The position numbers and the translations under genes are program-made. Under the pieces are notes generated by a model, which was not told where the DNA came from, did no database searches, and worked only from the letters and a program-made list of their open reading frames with translations. A stretch of DNA of 63,268 nt, counting the filler, from Octopus bimaculoides (lineage: Eukaryota): assembly GCF_001194135.2 (NCBI RefSeq). It is 6 parts of 5 records of this genome, joined end to end, with 100 filler letters (N's around TTAATTAATTAA, not from the genome) between each part and the next. Parts side by side here need not be neighbours in the genome. Positions count along the whole stretch, not along the records: positions 1 to 17,947 come from NC_068991.1; positions 18,048 to 32,430 come from NC_068985.1; 4 more parts are not named here. One strand, 5' to 3'. Shown here piece after piece: positions 12,339 to 25,800 of the stretch (within the stretch, counting starts at the first letter, position 1; every line of letters begins with the position of its first letter).

Positions 12339-12565
12339 GCTTAAACTGCCAAAGGAGTAACTGTAAACAGCTGAATACTTGTCAGTGATTGGTTGAAATT
12401 ATCGAAATAAGACAATTTTTTTACATGAAATAACTTCGAATACAAACATTTTTTCTGTTCTATAACACAAAATAGATAAGTATACGAACTTTGAAAGTCT
12501 TTCGGTACCAAATACACTACATAAAACATAAATGAAAACTGGTGTCCCCGCTTTGAACTAGATCC
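12339..12565. mobile_element. Second copy of the right arm of the 9340-9966 element
   Basis: Co-linear, high similarity to 9712-9935 (e.g. GAATACTTGTCAGTGATTGGTTGAAATTATCGAAATAAGACAA). Confidence 0.75.
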
Positions 12566-12809
12566 AACAAGATTTCTATAGTACAATTTGCCTAATTCGT
12601 CACTAAAAAGTACTTAGAATTAAAATTCTACTGAACTTAAAATATTGCAGCCGAGAATAACATTTTAAAAATCAAAATACATTATATTAGGTAAATTTGA
12701 GATAATTTATTTTATTTATTATGAGCATCTAAAAACAAGTAAATCTTTAAAAACATGGTACAAAAATAATCAAAAATAAGGAAATAATTTATTCTCAAAC
12801 GTAGAATAA

Positions 12810-12898
12810 TGCTAACAGAATAGCAGGAACAGGATAAAATATACATATTTTGCAGAAAAATATGGATATTTTATCCTGTTCCGGCTATTCTGTTAGCA
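12810..12898. repeat. Near-perfect inverted repeat: 42-bp stem, 2 mismatches, 5-nt loop
   Basis: 12810-12851 pairs with 12857-12898; mismatches at 12825/12883 and 12843/12865. Confidence 0.9.
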
Positions 12899-13086
12899 CG
12901 TCGGGCGAAATGCTTTGCGGTATTTCATCTGTCTTTATGTTCTGATTTCAAATTCCGCCGAGGTCGTCTTTGCCTTTCATCCTTTCGAAGTCGATGAATT
13001 AAATCCAGCTGCGTACTGGGGTCGATCTAATCGACTAGCCCCTCCCCCAAAATTTCGAGCCTTGTGCGTAGAATAGAAAAGATTAT
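12891..13086 (+). mobile_element. SINE family B, 5' truncated
   Basis: Homologous to 808-1020 with CpGs retained. Confidence 0.85.
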
Positions 13087-15149
13087 TCAGCATTTGAGAA
13101 TAGTTTAGGAAAGAAACGAACGAATTTATTCGACGACCCAATATATAAAAATACGATTCCGGAGGAGAAAGAAGAGCCCACGATAATATTTAAATCACTC
13201 TTTATTTATCGATCCCAAATGAATGAAAAGGAAAGTTAAGATTTTGAACTCGTAATAGAGTCACAGAAGACATAATTATATATCATTTGTATATGAGGTT
13301 TCTAACGACTGCTGATTGGCAGCCTCTAAGCAGTGCTTTGCTTTATAATATGTAAATTATTAAAAATATATAAAACTTCGTAATAGTCGTGGTGGTGGTG
13401 GTGGTCGTCGTCGTCATCATCATCATCATCAAAATCATAATCATCACCATCACTGCTACCACAGCCATCACCACCACTGTCGTCGTCATCATCATCATCC
13501 TCATCATCATCATCATCATTTATACTATTTACAGATGACCATTTATACTATTTATAGATTCAGATTTGCTGAATTTGTAAGGAATGTGTTCGAATCATTT
13601 AGCAGGACATCAATGTTTTATCTATTTTACACATTATTATTCGGTTGCGGTTCATGAATAATATTTAACATTCTTGAATTTTACTAATAACACGAAAAAA
13701 CAGTTTGATTCCACACAATGAATACTTAATTACGGTTAATAACACACACTACAATGTAGCGTAGATAATGGCCAGGTTCAGGCTTTTGTGAGTGTGTGTG
13801 TGTGTGTGTGTGTGTGGTAGGACAGACAAACACAAAGGCGCGCGCGCACACACACACAGAGGATTGAATGAAAAGAACGCAACAAACGGGAAAATTTTAC
13901 AAAAACATAACAAACAGAAAAATAGACAAAACCATAGTACACGGGAAGTTCGTAGCTGATTCTTTATCAGTCAGTGTCCAGCAACGAATCCCTTATATAT
14001 ATGTGTGTGTGTATACATACATACATACATACATATATATATACATATANNNNNNNNNNNNNNNNNNNNNNNNNNNNNNNNNNNNNNNNNNNNNNNNNNN
14101 NNNNNNNNNNNNNNNNNNNNNNNNNNNNNNNNNNNNNNNNNNNNNNNNNNNNNNNNNNNNNNNNNNNNNNNNNNNNNNNNNNNNNNNNNNNNNNNNNNNN
14201 NNNNNNNNNNNNNNNNNNNNNNNNNNNNNNNNNNNNNNNNNNNNNNNNNNNNNNNNNNNNNNNNNNNNNNNNNNNNNNNNNNNNNNNNNNNNNNNNNNNN
14301 NNNNNNNNNNNNNNNNNNNNNNNNNNNNNNNNNNNNNNNNNNNNNNNNNNNNNNNNNNNNNNNNNNNNNNNNNNNNNNNNNNNNNNNNNNNNNNNNNNNN
14401 NNNNNNNNNNNNNNNNNNNNNNNNNNNNNNNNNNNNNNNNNNNNNNNNNNNNNNNNNNNNNNNNNNNNNNNNNNNNNNNNNNNNNNNNNNNNNNNNNNNN
14501 NNNNNNNNNNNNNNNNNNNNNNNNNNNNNNNNNNNNNNNNNNNNNNNNNNNNNNNNNNNNNNNNNNNNNNNNNNNNNNNNNNNNNNNNNNNNNNNNNNNN
14601 NNNNNNNNNNNNNNNNNNNNNNNNNNNNNNNNNNNNNNNNNNNNNNNNNNNNNNNNNNNNNNNNNNNNNNNNNNNNNNNNNNNNNNNNNNNNNNNNNNNN
14701 NNNNNNNNNNNNNNNNNNNNNNNNNNNNNNNNNNNNNNNNNNNNNNNNNNNNNNNNNNNNNNNNNNNNNNNNNNNNNNNNNNNNNNNNNNNNNNNNNNNN
14801 NNNNNNNNNNNNNNNNNNNNNNNNNNNNNNNNNNNNNNNNNNNNNNNNNNNNNNNNNNNNNNNNNNNNNNNNNNNNNNNNNNNNNNNNNNNNNNNNNNNN
14901 NNNNNNNNNNNNNNNNNNNNNNNNNNNNNNNNNNNNNNNNNNNNNNNNNNCTTGCTGACTAGTGAACAGAAAAAGTGACATAAACTGACCAATCTCAGAC
15001 ACAACTGGAATCATTCGAAGGGAAGAAACTCTGTCTCTCCCAGAAGGGGTTTCGTTCCGAAAAAATTTCGTTTCAGATTTTTCTCACCACCCAGCTGACA
15101 AAGATAGTATTTTTATCTTCATTAGTAAACACATGACGAACATGATGCG

Positions 15150-15346
15150 AACGAGCCAGGGAAAAATGATTATCGGCATTTCGTCCGTCTTTACGTACTG
15201 AGTGCAGATTTCGCTGAGGTCGACTTTGCCTTTCATCCTGTCAGGGTCGATAAATCAAGTACCAGTGAAACACTGGAGTTGATGTAATCGACTAGTCTCC
15301 TCCCACCAAATCTCAAGCCTTGTGCCTTTACTAGAAAAGATTATCA
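15150..15346 (+). mobile_element. SINE family B, diverged
   Basis: GAGGTCGACTTTGCCTTTCATCC...GGTCGATAAA core shared with other copies. Confidence 0.8.
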
Positions 15347-15509
15347 ATATTGTTATTTTCTTTATTTTATCACTACTTATCAATAGTTCTACAACAATAT
15401 TACTATACTCACTTATCCATTATGACTTGGTACCGGCGACTGTGGGGGTCACTCATTGTTGTCCACACTACTCTGCATATCACATATTTCCTCTTCCTTC
15501 TGCCTGTCT

Positions 15510-15650
15510 GTTTCTTCTTCTTCTTCTTCTTCTTCTTCTTCTTCTTCTTCTTCTTCTTCTTCTTCTTCTTCTTCTTCTTCTTCTCCTTCTTCTCCTCCTC
15601 CTCCTCCTCCATCTCTCTCTCTCTCTCTTTCTCTCCTTCTCTCTCTCTCT
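15510..15650. repeat. (TTC)n-(TCC)n-(CT)n compound microsatellite
   Basis: Directly visible; source of the spurious poly-L/F/S/K/R ORFs. Confidence 0.95.
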
Positions 15651-15759
15651 GAAAGTATCTGTCATTACAGTATCGAAATGCGATTGTTTCAGTTAGTGGA
15701 ATAGTTTCATTTTTAAAGTGAAAGTATTTGACATGAGTGTTTTTGTTTCACTTTTGACA

Positions 15760-15986
15760 CGTAATACTTAAATAGTGGAGGAGATATTATGTTGCCGTGG
15801 GCTCGAACTCTGCAAGAAGTTAAAAAAATTTTTTGACTAAAACACAACTGGAACCCTAAGTAAGGCATGTGAAAAATTTGAATGAAATTGGTTGCGTAGT
15901 TCTCGAGTTTTAGGGATTCACACAGACAGACAGACAGACAGAAAGACAGACAGACAGACACACATTCTCATTTTTATATATATGGA
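15760..15986 (-). mobile_element. Helitron-like non-autonomous element, 5' (TC) end with internal (CAGA)n
   Basis: (ACAG)n followed by CATTCTCATTTTTATATATATGGAT; minus strand begins A|TC as for Helitron 5' ends. Left boundary uncertain. Confidence 0.5.
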
Positions 15987-16359
15987 TTATACTCTTTGTT
16001 TTCTCTCCATACAAGCAAAACACAACGCTTGGTACCTTTAATGAAGGTCTGAAAAAGTGCTATTCTAATGTTTAAAACTAGAAATATTACGTAAATTTTC
16101 ACATAGAAATTTTTCGTGAACTGGCATTGAAAACAGTGTGGTACAGAAACAATTGTAACAGGTCATTAAAGATGTAATAAACTCTTTCTTTGTCTCCTTA
16201 TTTGAATCATATTTTATTCTTCGCTAAATCTATACACTGGTTTTATCGTCTTGGCACCTGGATTTTCTGCACCTGGAGAATTTCAGTCTTACATAAGACT
16301 ATAATCCGAGAGCGTAGAAAGCCTAAAGCTTAGATTTAGTGCTGCATTTGGAAATACAC

Positions 16360-16993
16360 ATGCACACACACACATACTGCCTAACTCAGTACCCTCACCA
16401 CCTACACCATTATACAAATACCCACACACATTGTTCAACTCAGTACTCACACCACACACCATTATACGCACACACACACACACCATTATACGCACACACA
16501 CACACACCATTATACGCACACACACCTTTTCACTCCACGGATACTAGCACCCAACGCCTCACAGTACCCATACTACATACCATTATGCATACACCCACAC
16601 ACACTCTCCGATATCCTCACCACACACGCCATTATACGAACACCTTTGCACATTGTTTACAACTCGCTACCCACACCACACACCATTATGCACACTTCCA
16701 CACACACACACACTCACATGCACATGTTTTCACACACTAGCATCCTATACCTCCCAGCCCCTAACTCTTGTCACCGCTATCCTACCTTGCACCTCTTTAC
16801 ATTCCCACCACAACACAGTAATCACTCCAAAAAGCACACACAATGCACATGCACACGTCAACTGAGACACACAAGCGTTTGGCACACAAACACATACACA
16901 CACGCGATAACCTCACACACATACTATACATAGCCTCACACACCCATACACGAAACGCACGTCACTCCACAAAATGCAAGCACTTACTTAAAA

Positions 16994-17036
<43 letters not shown>

Positions 17037-17085
17037 CATGCACACACACACAGACACTCCCATACGTACACAATGGCCCACATAA
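16360..17085. repeat. CA-rich degenerate minisatellite (CCATTAT-containing units) grading into (CA)n
   Basis: 24-bp period CCATTATACG(CA)n at 16459, 16483, 16507; further degenerate units to about 16690. Confidence 0.8.
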
Positions 17086-17531
17086 TTTTAAGCTCACTCA
17101 CACATACATTCATACACGCTCGCTCCCATTCATGTATGCACACTCACACACACCATTCTCACATATACACACGCGCTTGCGCATTCTAGTTCAGTCGGGT
17201 CACCATCATCATCTCCATTTCACTCAGCTTCTTTCTTCCGGTCATTTCATCATACTGAACCGTTATTCCCTACACATTTCTTTTCTCACTCGGTTTTTTT
17301 TTCTCTCCGTTCCAGCAATACGCCAGACTGGAACTTTTTCTTGAGAACATACTCTTCGTGGTTAGGCGATTTGACGTCTATATCTAGCATATAGGAGTCC
17401 ACTTTGGTGGTCATTCCTCTTAATTTTGTATGTAATATAATTTTAATCTTCGGATTTTTTAAATAAGCTAAGCCACTGGTTTTAATTGATTAATATCAAT
17501 TTCTACCCTCATTTTTTATTTTATATATATA

Positions 17532-17560
17532 CTAGCAGAGGCACCCGGCGTTGCTCGGGA
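17532..17560 (-). mobile_element. Helitron-like 3' terminus (GC hairpin + CTAG|T)
   Basis: Minus strand CCCGAGCAACGCCGGG hairpin, 8 nt, then CTAG followed by T. Confidence 0.6.
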
Positions 17561-18047
17561 ATGAAATTGTTGCTTATATACTTGAAGAAAAAAAGGCAAA
17601 ATATGCTGTATAGAAATTTGAGAGGACATTCTGTAGATGGACTCTCAGATGAATGATGGCTGGGCGCCTCTCATGAATGGGGAAAATTGAAGATGTGCCA
17701 AAAAGCCTCATTGGTACTTGGAAACTTTTACGAAAATTAAAATGGGGATTAAATGAAATAAACGATTTACGTGAATATCCTCACAGGAGTAATTGAAATA
17801 AATGGCGATTGTGGAACCTCCCACGCACGCGCGCGCGCATACACACGTGTGTCTTTGTAAATATGTTTGTATACATTTATGTATGTGTGTGTTTGTAAGA
17901 GACAGAGTGTGAATGAGAGAGAGAGGTTTGTTGTCATGTATACGTACNNNNNNNNNNNNNNNNNNNNNNNNNNNNNNNNNNNNNNNNNNNNTTAATTAAT
18001 TAANNNNNNNNNNNNNNNNNNNNNNNNNNNNNNNNNNNNNNNNNNNN

Positions 18048-18842
18048 TGGTGTTCCATGATTTGCTCCTTTAGAGTGGGCAAATCCCATTCCTATCGTTG
18101 CGTTTGATTGTTTCAAACTTCTTCATAGCTCCTTTGTATACTCTGATCCTTTCTTTATGGCTGTAACCTGAGAACTGCATGCGGTGGACGAAAAGTTGTA
18201 TGTGTCTCTTTAATTCTGTAGGGTCGCACATGCAGGAGACATTCCGCATTACTCTGACGAGGTCTGCCATCAATATGTTGAACTTGGCATTGTCCGCAAT
18301 AGCCGAGTTCCGGTGGATCAGGTATTTGGAGGCCATAGGTTTTGTATAGTGTGAATGGAGGATTCTGGTTTTATTGTTCTTAGTTTCTAGCCAGAGTTCA
18401 GTATCTAATACAGGTAATCTATGATTAGGGTGTTTAGTAGGGTAGTCTATCGTAACTTTAATACTCTGGTGGATGGAGTTAGCTATTTGCTGGATGCTCT
18501 CCATAGTCTTAGTTTCTATTTCTATTTCAGGGGTGCTCTCTTGTGGGGGTGTCTTTACCACTAAGTTGATATCATCGACATATCGAGAGTACACATTCAC
18601 GAGTATGGAGTTCTGTGTCAGGCGTTCCTTAAGCCTTCTGTCCCACCATACCATGAAGAGATTGGCCACATCACCGGCGATACTAACACTCCATCTCTCT
18701 ATAGGGGTCTTCCTAGCCATAGAGGTAATTGTGGGTGGTCTACCTCTTAGACGTCTACTAGGGCAGAAATCTCTAAGGTCGTATCTATCTAGATATACAT
18801 CGTCATATGTCAATCTAAGTAGGAGGCCCAGGTCTTCAACAC
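18048..18842 (-). mobile_element. Penelope-like element reverse transcriptase fragment (internally deleted, runs into gap)
   Basis: AGDVANLFMVWWD...YSRYVDDI...DYPTKH...LPVLD...Y.KP.AS...H..SA...RMQFSGY are PLE RT palm/thumb motifs; the Q..G.PIG segment expected before IAGDVAN is missing. Confidence 0.85.
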
Positions 18843-18992
18843 AGATTAAGATTAATGTAATATAAAGCTGAAGCAAATTAACACCAAATATACAGTGCGT
18901 GTGTTTTTATTGGCTAAACTGGCAATATGACCATCCCCAAGTACAACAACATCTGTTTCAACACACGATTTCACATCAAAAATCTTGCAAAA
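18843..18992 (+). mobile_element. Penelope-associated terminal-repeat-like segment, inverted relative to the RT
   Basis: 18843-18949 is an exact reverse complement of 34269-34375 (107 bp); its continuation resembles 43100-43143 and 6565-6600. Confidence 0.7.
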
Positions 18993-20229
18993 CAGATATA
19001 TAGAAAGAGAGAGAACGAAAGAGAGAGATAGAGAGTCAGAAAGAGACAGACATAGAGAAATCGACAGATGTAGAAGATGTATAAGTCCAGATGCGTATGT
19101 GTACACACATTATTACATGTGTGTGTGTATGTATTTATATGTGTTAATATTATCGCTAGTAGCATCTGCTAGCATCTATGAAGCAGAATAATTTAATTAC
19201 TGTTGTACTTCAAATAAAGTTTTACTTAATAATCTATGAATGTGTTGCTTTTGCTTGATTAAAATGTTTAATTTGCGGAAAAATCGACACTGACAACTCC
19301 GAAAATCTGTCCAATATTCACCCGTATTTTGCTAAGCCTTTCCTTCGTGGATAAAAAATTGAAAGCATGTACCATCTTGTACTCGTTTCAATGCACCAAA
19401 CTGATATATTCTTTTCCCTCTTTGTATAAGTGGCTATCGTTCATCTAAATGTATTCTTAATCAGATACAGCATAAATCTCAATAGCAACCATTGGTTCTC
19501 CTACAACAATTTGAAACCTGTAGGTTTAACAGTTCTCGACAAAAATGCTATATCCCTTCACTGATTGTACTACAGTATTTGGTCATTCTGATTCTCATGT
19601 TACTTGGTCTAGTTAAGATTTTTTTTAATGGTGAAATATAAGAATTTTCTCATCCCTACAATAATTTAACTCGGCAGATTGGGTTATGGCGAAATGTAAT
19701 CCCTTACAGGTACAAATGAAAACCTGTTTCGATTTTCAAATGTCTTTATCTTATTGAAGAAGGACATAGTATAATTTATAGCATTTATCACTCGTTTGAA
19801 TTTAAATATAAATACTAATTTTGGTTAGAATATCCACAACTAGTGTTATCATACAAGAATATATTGTATAATTTTTAGCATCATTCCGATATTACGGCTG
19901 ATGTATTGATTAAAGATGGCTACTATTTCCTCAAATGCGCGTCTTCATTTTAAACAATGCATATATTTGAATATTGACGCAGACATTCAGGAATGATTTC
20001 AATGAAATTTTACAAAGTGCATAATGGCAGCCAGCATCACTTAGAAGGTAAAGTTTGCTTGCTACAGTATCGACAGGGGATGTTCTTTCTTCTCTTAAAT
20101 GACGTCTCGTCATCTCTATTCTCTTTCGATATATCAGCGTTGTGAACGGAGAGTGAATAGAACGTATTAACAGTTTATAGTAAATAAAATGCGAGGATAA
20201 CAATGGGGTAAATATTGGCGATGTGTATC

Positions 20230-20317
20230 ACTATGAAGATGAAATTGAAAATAACAATGATGACGATGATGATGATCATCACGATCATGATGATGACGAT
20301 GATGATCATGATGGTGG

Positions 20318-20348
<31 letters not shown>

Positions 20349-20671
20349 GATGATGATTCTAACAATGATGATTGTAGTGATAATGATGATGATGATGACG
20401 ATGACTATGATGAAGAGTAGGAGAGGAGTAAGTGGACGACAACAGCCACGACGACAACGAAGAATATGAAGATGGCATTGATGGACGATGATGAGGTGGA
20501 TGCGGATGCGGAGGTGGAGGAGTAGTGTGAGGTTGTGAATTATCTTCATATTAGAAAATAGTCTTTTTTGTCGAACGTTGCTTATTATGAAACGCGAAAA
20601 GCAAGTAGTATTTTTTAAAAATTAATATTACTACTGCTGTTCCTGCAGCGACGGCGATGACTACTATGATG

Positions 20672-20711
<40 letters not shown>

Positions 20712-20930
20712 AGCAACAGTAATGATCGTGGAATCGTTGATGACGTCCATGGTGGTGATGATAGTGTATTGTTAGAAAAATATGGTTATAATGCTGGTGG
20801 TGGTTGTTGTGTTGATGCTACGGGTGATGATGGTGATGATAATGACTTTAATGGCACTACTGCTGATGATGACGATGACAATGACGGCCACTACGATGAC
20901 TACGATCATGATGATGATGACTTGGAAGTA
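20230..20930. repeat. Degenerate (GAT)n/(GAC)n trinucleotide tracts
   Basis: Directly visible; yields poly-D/M/I pseudo-ORFs. Confidence 0.85.
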
Positions 20931-22759
20931 AAGAACAGACGAGGAAACGCATAAGAGGAGCCAGGACAGAAGTGAATCAATGACTTTCTCCATGAAACTC
21001 TGACAGCTGTAATAGATTTGAATCTAATGATATAATCATCCATATCCAGAATTTACAACAACAAAACAGAATATAAAAAAAAAAACATAAGTGCAACAGA
21101 AAAAATATAATGCAGAAAATAAATAAATAAATAAATAAATTTGGCAGTCAAATCAAATATTCTACAACTGACAAAATTACTGAAATATTCCTGTTGATCT
21201 TACAGAGCTTAATTTAAACTTTATGGTTATTTTAAAAGAGAGATTTGTTTGTTCACGGTTGACTGACGATTTTCTATGAACATTTTCTGCATGGTTATTT
21301 TCATTTGTGGGTAACTGGTATCTATAGTTTTAAGCAGCTTTGGGTGATTACACACACAGCGTGCAAGATAATTGCTTTAATCTGCAAGCAACAAAAGACG
21401 TGTTCAATTTGCTTTTAGTGGTGCATTTTATAGGCAAAAATTAATTTATGCTTCATATTTTTCTTCTATTATTTACGTTTTTTATTTCCATTTCTGTGAT
21501 AATATTTTAGAAGTAATTTCGAGTCAACGTTTATCGATAAACACATTTAAAGGTTATTCTGGAAGAATTATATCATGTGACAGTTCGCGTCTGGTTAGTA
21601 TTAAATACACACTTAGAAAGACGTCAACAAAATCGGTGTGTAACAAAGTGTCTTTGGCGAATCAGTAAAAGATGTGTATCTAAGAAAAGCGAAGCATTTC
21701 CAGTTTCATAGCGATGGGTTCAATTCTTGCCTTCCCTTTGTGATGGAACCGAAACATGAAATAATTCTAGGATTAGATCATCAATATCTGTGTGAAATAT
21801 GCAACAGATAAAAATATTTTTTTCTAAGATTTATCAAGGTATTAGTATATATTACATAAAGACTAACGCGTCCCTTACACCTATGAAGATGGTATAGATG
21901 TATAGATATATGTGTAGGTGTTCGTTTGAATGCGTGTGTATATTTATGTATATGTGTGTCTGTGCGTGTGTGTAAGTATGTATATATTACCAGGACCATA
22001 TGCTCACACACAAACACTCACATTATACATTTCTGTGAAGAGTGCTTCTGTCCAATAAATTACATTCATTTGTCGCTTGGTCTAGATGTAATCAATCTTA
22101 TCTTCAAAATAGATAATATATCCATTTTTTATAAAGGGGGTTATTTAAATTAACGACATGATTTTGTATATTATAAATGTTTTACTACCAAAATCATTAA
22201 TTACCATTAGGCTCTTGTGAGTTTGTGGTTCCGTACTGTTTATTTTCAGAAACCATTCTGTAGAGAAGTGCTGCATGTGCGTTCACAGCAAATGACACTC
22301 GGGGTTTTTCCGAGTCCATCTCTCTGATCGTATTTGCAAATCATGAAATCGGAAGAAGTAAATGGGTTGCAGGAATATTATTACATAATTCTACATATTA
22401 TGGTATATATTACGTAACATTGTATGAATTACATCACATTCTATGAGATGTGGAATAAAACATGTCGTCCGTTTAAGAAAACAAAAGCAATGTCAGTTTA
22501 AATTTTTCTTTCTTCGTTTAAATGGTGTCGTTTATTAATCATTCTGCGGGGATTATATTACACCTACCAGATCTTATTGAGTTATGCCGTGCTTCCATTA
22601 GTAGAAATAGAAGTGTTTTTGATTTTAGAATTCTACTCCAGCCAAGATCGTGCATCATCTTGACTTCTTTTTTTTTATATACATACATGCACAGGCTGGC
22701 ACGCATACAAACACACACACACACACGCACACACACACACACATACGCACACATACAAA

Positions 22760-22802
<43 letters not shown>

Positions 22803-25800
22803 ACACACGCATGTATGCATGTACAGAAAAGTATTTATACATTAAATATTGATCAGTGACAGCGAAATTATTTTGAGCACTTGATCAATCGGAAAATATG
22901 GGTTAACATTCTCTAATTGTTGATAAAGTTGCAAACAAATAAAATGCCTGTCATTAAAATTTAAAAAAAAATAAATGAAATATATAAATAATTAAACGGC
23001 AGTGTGATTGAAATTATATTTATGTCCAAATTTTCGTTAAAATTCACTTCAAAATATTGTTTCGAGATAATATTTTATTTAGAAATATTTGAAAAGATAA
23101 TAATTATGAAGGAAGAAATATAATTGGTAATATTCGTATATACAATAATCTACAGAACTACGAGTTTTGGTAATTTATCAAGATGCATTTAGAAGCATAT
23201 AGATTTCAGATAATCTTGAGATAGCTCTGTATTCTGCTGCCTATAGATAAATACAGTTGGAACGTATGTCGTCAGTGTATTATGGCAAAAACATAATGAA
23301 TCACATCTAATGGAAGGCGGATTGCATTTAGCAACATACAATAAAGCACGTGCAAGCGCGCGCAAAGACATACTTAGAGTAAAAAGACTACGTCAAAATG
23401 TCTAAGAATCACATACTTATAAAATAGTAGTGATACCCATGAATGCATTTGGGCAGGCACACGATTTTCGATTATAGGTATGTGTGTTGCTGACAAAGAA
23501 GACATTGCAAATTTATGGAGAATTTATTTGTTAAAAATAACTTAATATATTCACATTAAGTAATACGTCGTATTCTTTGTAAAATAAAATAATAGTATTT
23601 CTAGGTCATTAAAGGAAAACAGAAAGTTTTCTTCGAAGAAAAGTACTGCTGTACTTACAAAATAGATTTCTCCCGACATTTTGTCTTTTTGTTCTTCTAG
23701 TACCAATTTCCGAGTCTTACATTGGATCGATATAACAGTTTTATGCATTTTAAATACATGTGTTTCCTAACAATGAAAAGTGTTCGTAGAATGTAAGAGC
23801 AAATTGATCGGAGAGAATTCCTCATTATTAAAAGCGTCACGTTTCTGGGAGTGACTTGAACATTTATACGTTTCTTCTTTTTTCCAAATAAATATAAATG
23901 AATTCAAGTTCTTTGACTTTGCAATAGCAGATAAGATATATATATTTACAAATGTCAGTATTTGTTCAAACGGTCAACAGACGTATTATTGAATTAAAAT
24001 AACGTATTTCTCCAGAATTCAACCTGAGATGAATCTTAATTTTCAGTTGTATGTTGCAGATAATCAAAGAATTAAACATATCTTCTTAGTTTAATATGAA
24101 CTGGAGAATGTTTCCAACGTTATATGATGCAATAACTTAGAATTTAGATAAGCAAAATAAAATTTAATTCTAATAAACTCCACTTACGCTGATTACAGTA
24201 TGGTTTAAGATGTTATGATTAAACCAAATACAACAACGTTAACATGTTTCATGCTTTTACAAAACTGCATGACTTATAATGCGCCATATTCCAAATGAAT
24301 ATTGACAAAATTTCGTGGTATAACATTAATCATAATAACTAATGTTAGTTTTTTTGAATTGGTTTAATAACAACCCTACCTTAATTTGTTATACAAATAT
24401 TAATTTGAATCTGTGATTGTCTAACAATGATGTATACTTTGGAAGAAAATGCTGTCTATCATAGTAACTGTAATATGCTGTTATGAATTTGTATAAAATC
24501 TCTGGAAAATCGGCACTTAATTATCTACTTGAATAAAAAAAAAATGAATTTCTCTCGCTGGCCAAGCGATTGTGCCATTTCACTTTGATAAGGAAAATAC
24601 TAATGATAATTTCATTCGTTAACCACAAGTCATGCATTTTTTTTTATCTGGAGTACACTGAATTAAATGACATTTACTCTTGACTATTATTTTCTTTAAT
24701 AATACCTGGATAGGTGACAAGCCAAGTGGTACTTGACAATTTTAATGTAATTAAATATTAGAAATATAATATTTTGCATGATAACCAACCGACACTTGGC
24801 CTTTTGTAATCGAGTATATTAATTACTTGAAACATTAAGAATGAATTCAATTTCGAATAAAGACAGCTCGGTCGCACATACTTAACGTATGTGTATTGTT
24901 CATACGCTAATGTGCTGCCGAATAACATCCTGGTAAAGCTCCGTAGATATCGTCGAGTTCCAAAGAACACTGAATGTTCTAGATAGGTGAGACTATTTGC
25001 TAGAGTTATACCAAAATGTTGCTATTGTAATAGTTCTCAGTATCGTTTACTCGATAGGGATACATTCTGGGACATATATGCAAAAGGCGTGACGTTTATT
25101 TGCAGCTGTGCAGGGGCTTCCCACATGCATTTCCCTGCAGAGAAGATTAAAGTCTTAACATCACCGATTCCTATGGAAGGTATAATTTGTAATCTTCGAA
25201 ACATATGTTGGAAATAAAAGTATGCAGTTAGCATATGCGTTTTGCTCCATTCACTAAATTTATATATACTCAAGTACCCAAAATAACAAGGAGTTTCTCC
25301 CTCATAAACAGGAGTTACACCACAGTCATTTTGTGATCTTTGCTACCCTGGTATCTATTAACCAATTCATTTTGTCCGAGTTATTTATTAATTAGGAGAA
25401 AATAAATACATATAATATATATATATATATATATATCTTTATATATATATCTGTTGTATGCATGTGTATATGTGTACATGTGTGTGTATGCCATATCTAA
25501 TTAAAGGAAAATAATAATAATTAGCTTTAATATTAATATAATATTGATTAGAGTTAACCAAGATTATTACAATTTAGAGTTATATCATTATTTGTAGATT
25601 CATGATGCAGGGGGGAAAATATTGCGTATTACGTGGCTGCCGAATGCAGGTTAGGTGTATTAAGTCATTACATTATGTTTTATTAAAAGATACCAAGATT
25701 GTTAATACAGAGGATTATCTAAATATATGACCATTAAAAATATTAATTGATTATTTTAATTTTAATTATTCAAAGATTATTGATTGTGCAATTCTACTTA

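Noticed and set aside
16289-17344. His/Thr-rich ORFs resembling histidine-rich proteins (also 39061-39816)
   Set aside because: Translations of (CA)n-derived repeats; open in several frames on both strands.
17992-18003. TTAATTAATTAA islands inside N runs (also 32475-32486, 39061-39072, 58278-58289, 61390-61401)
   Set aside because: Each sits in the middle of a 100-base gap (44 N + 12 + 44 N where counted) and gives stop codons in all six frames; an assembly gap spacer, not biology.
20175-20993. Asp/Met/Ile-rich ORFs resembling acidic biomineralisation proteins
   Set aside because: Degenerate (GAT)n microsatellite; no signal peptide, splice signals or non-repetitive coding flank.
22250-22357. 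Acceptor- and donor-flanked 108-nt segment
   Set aside because: Stop codons in all three frames and a weak donor (GTAAAT).
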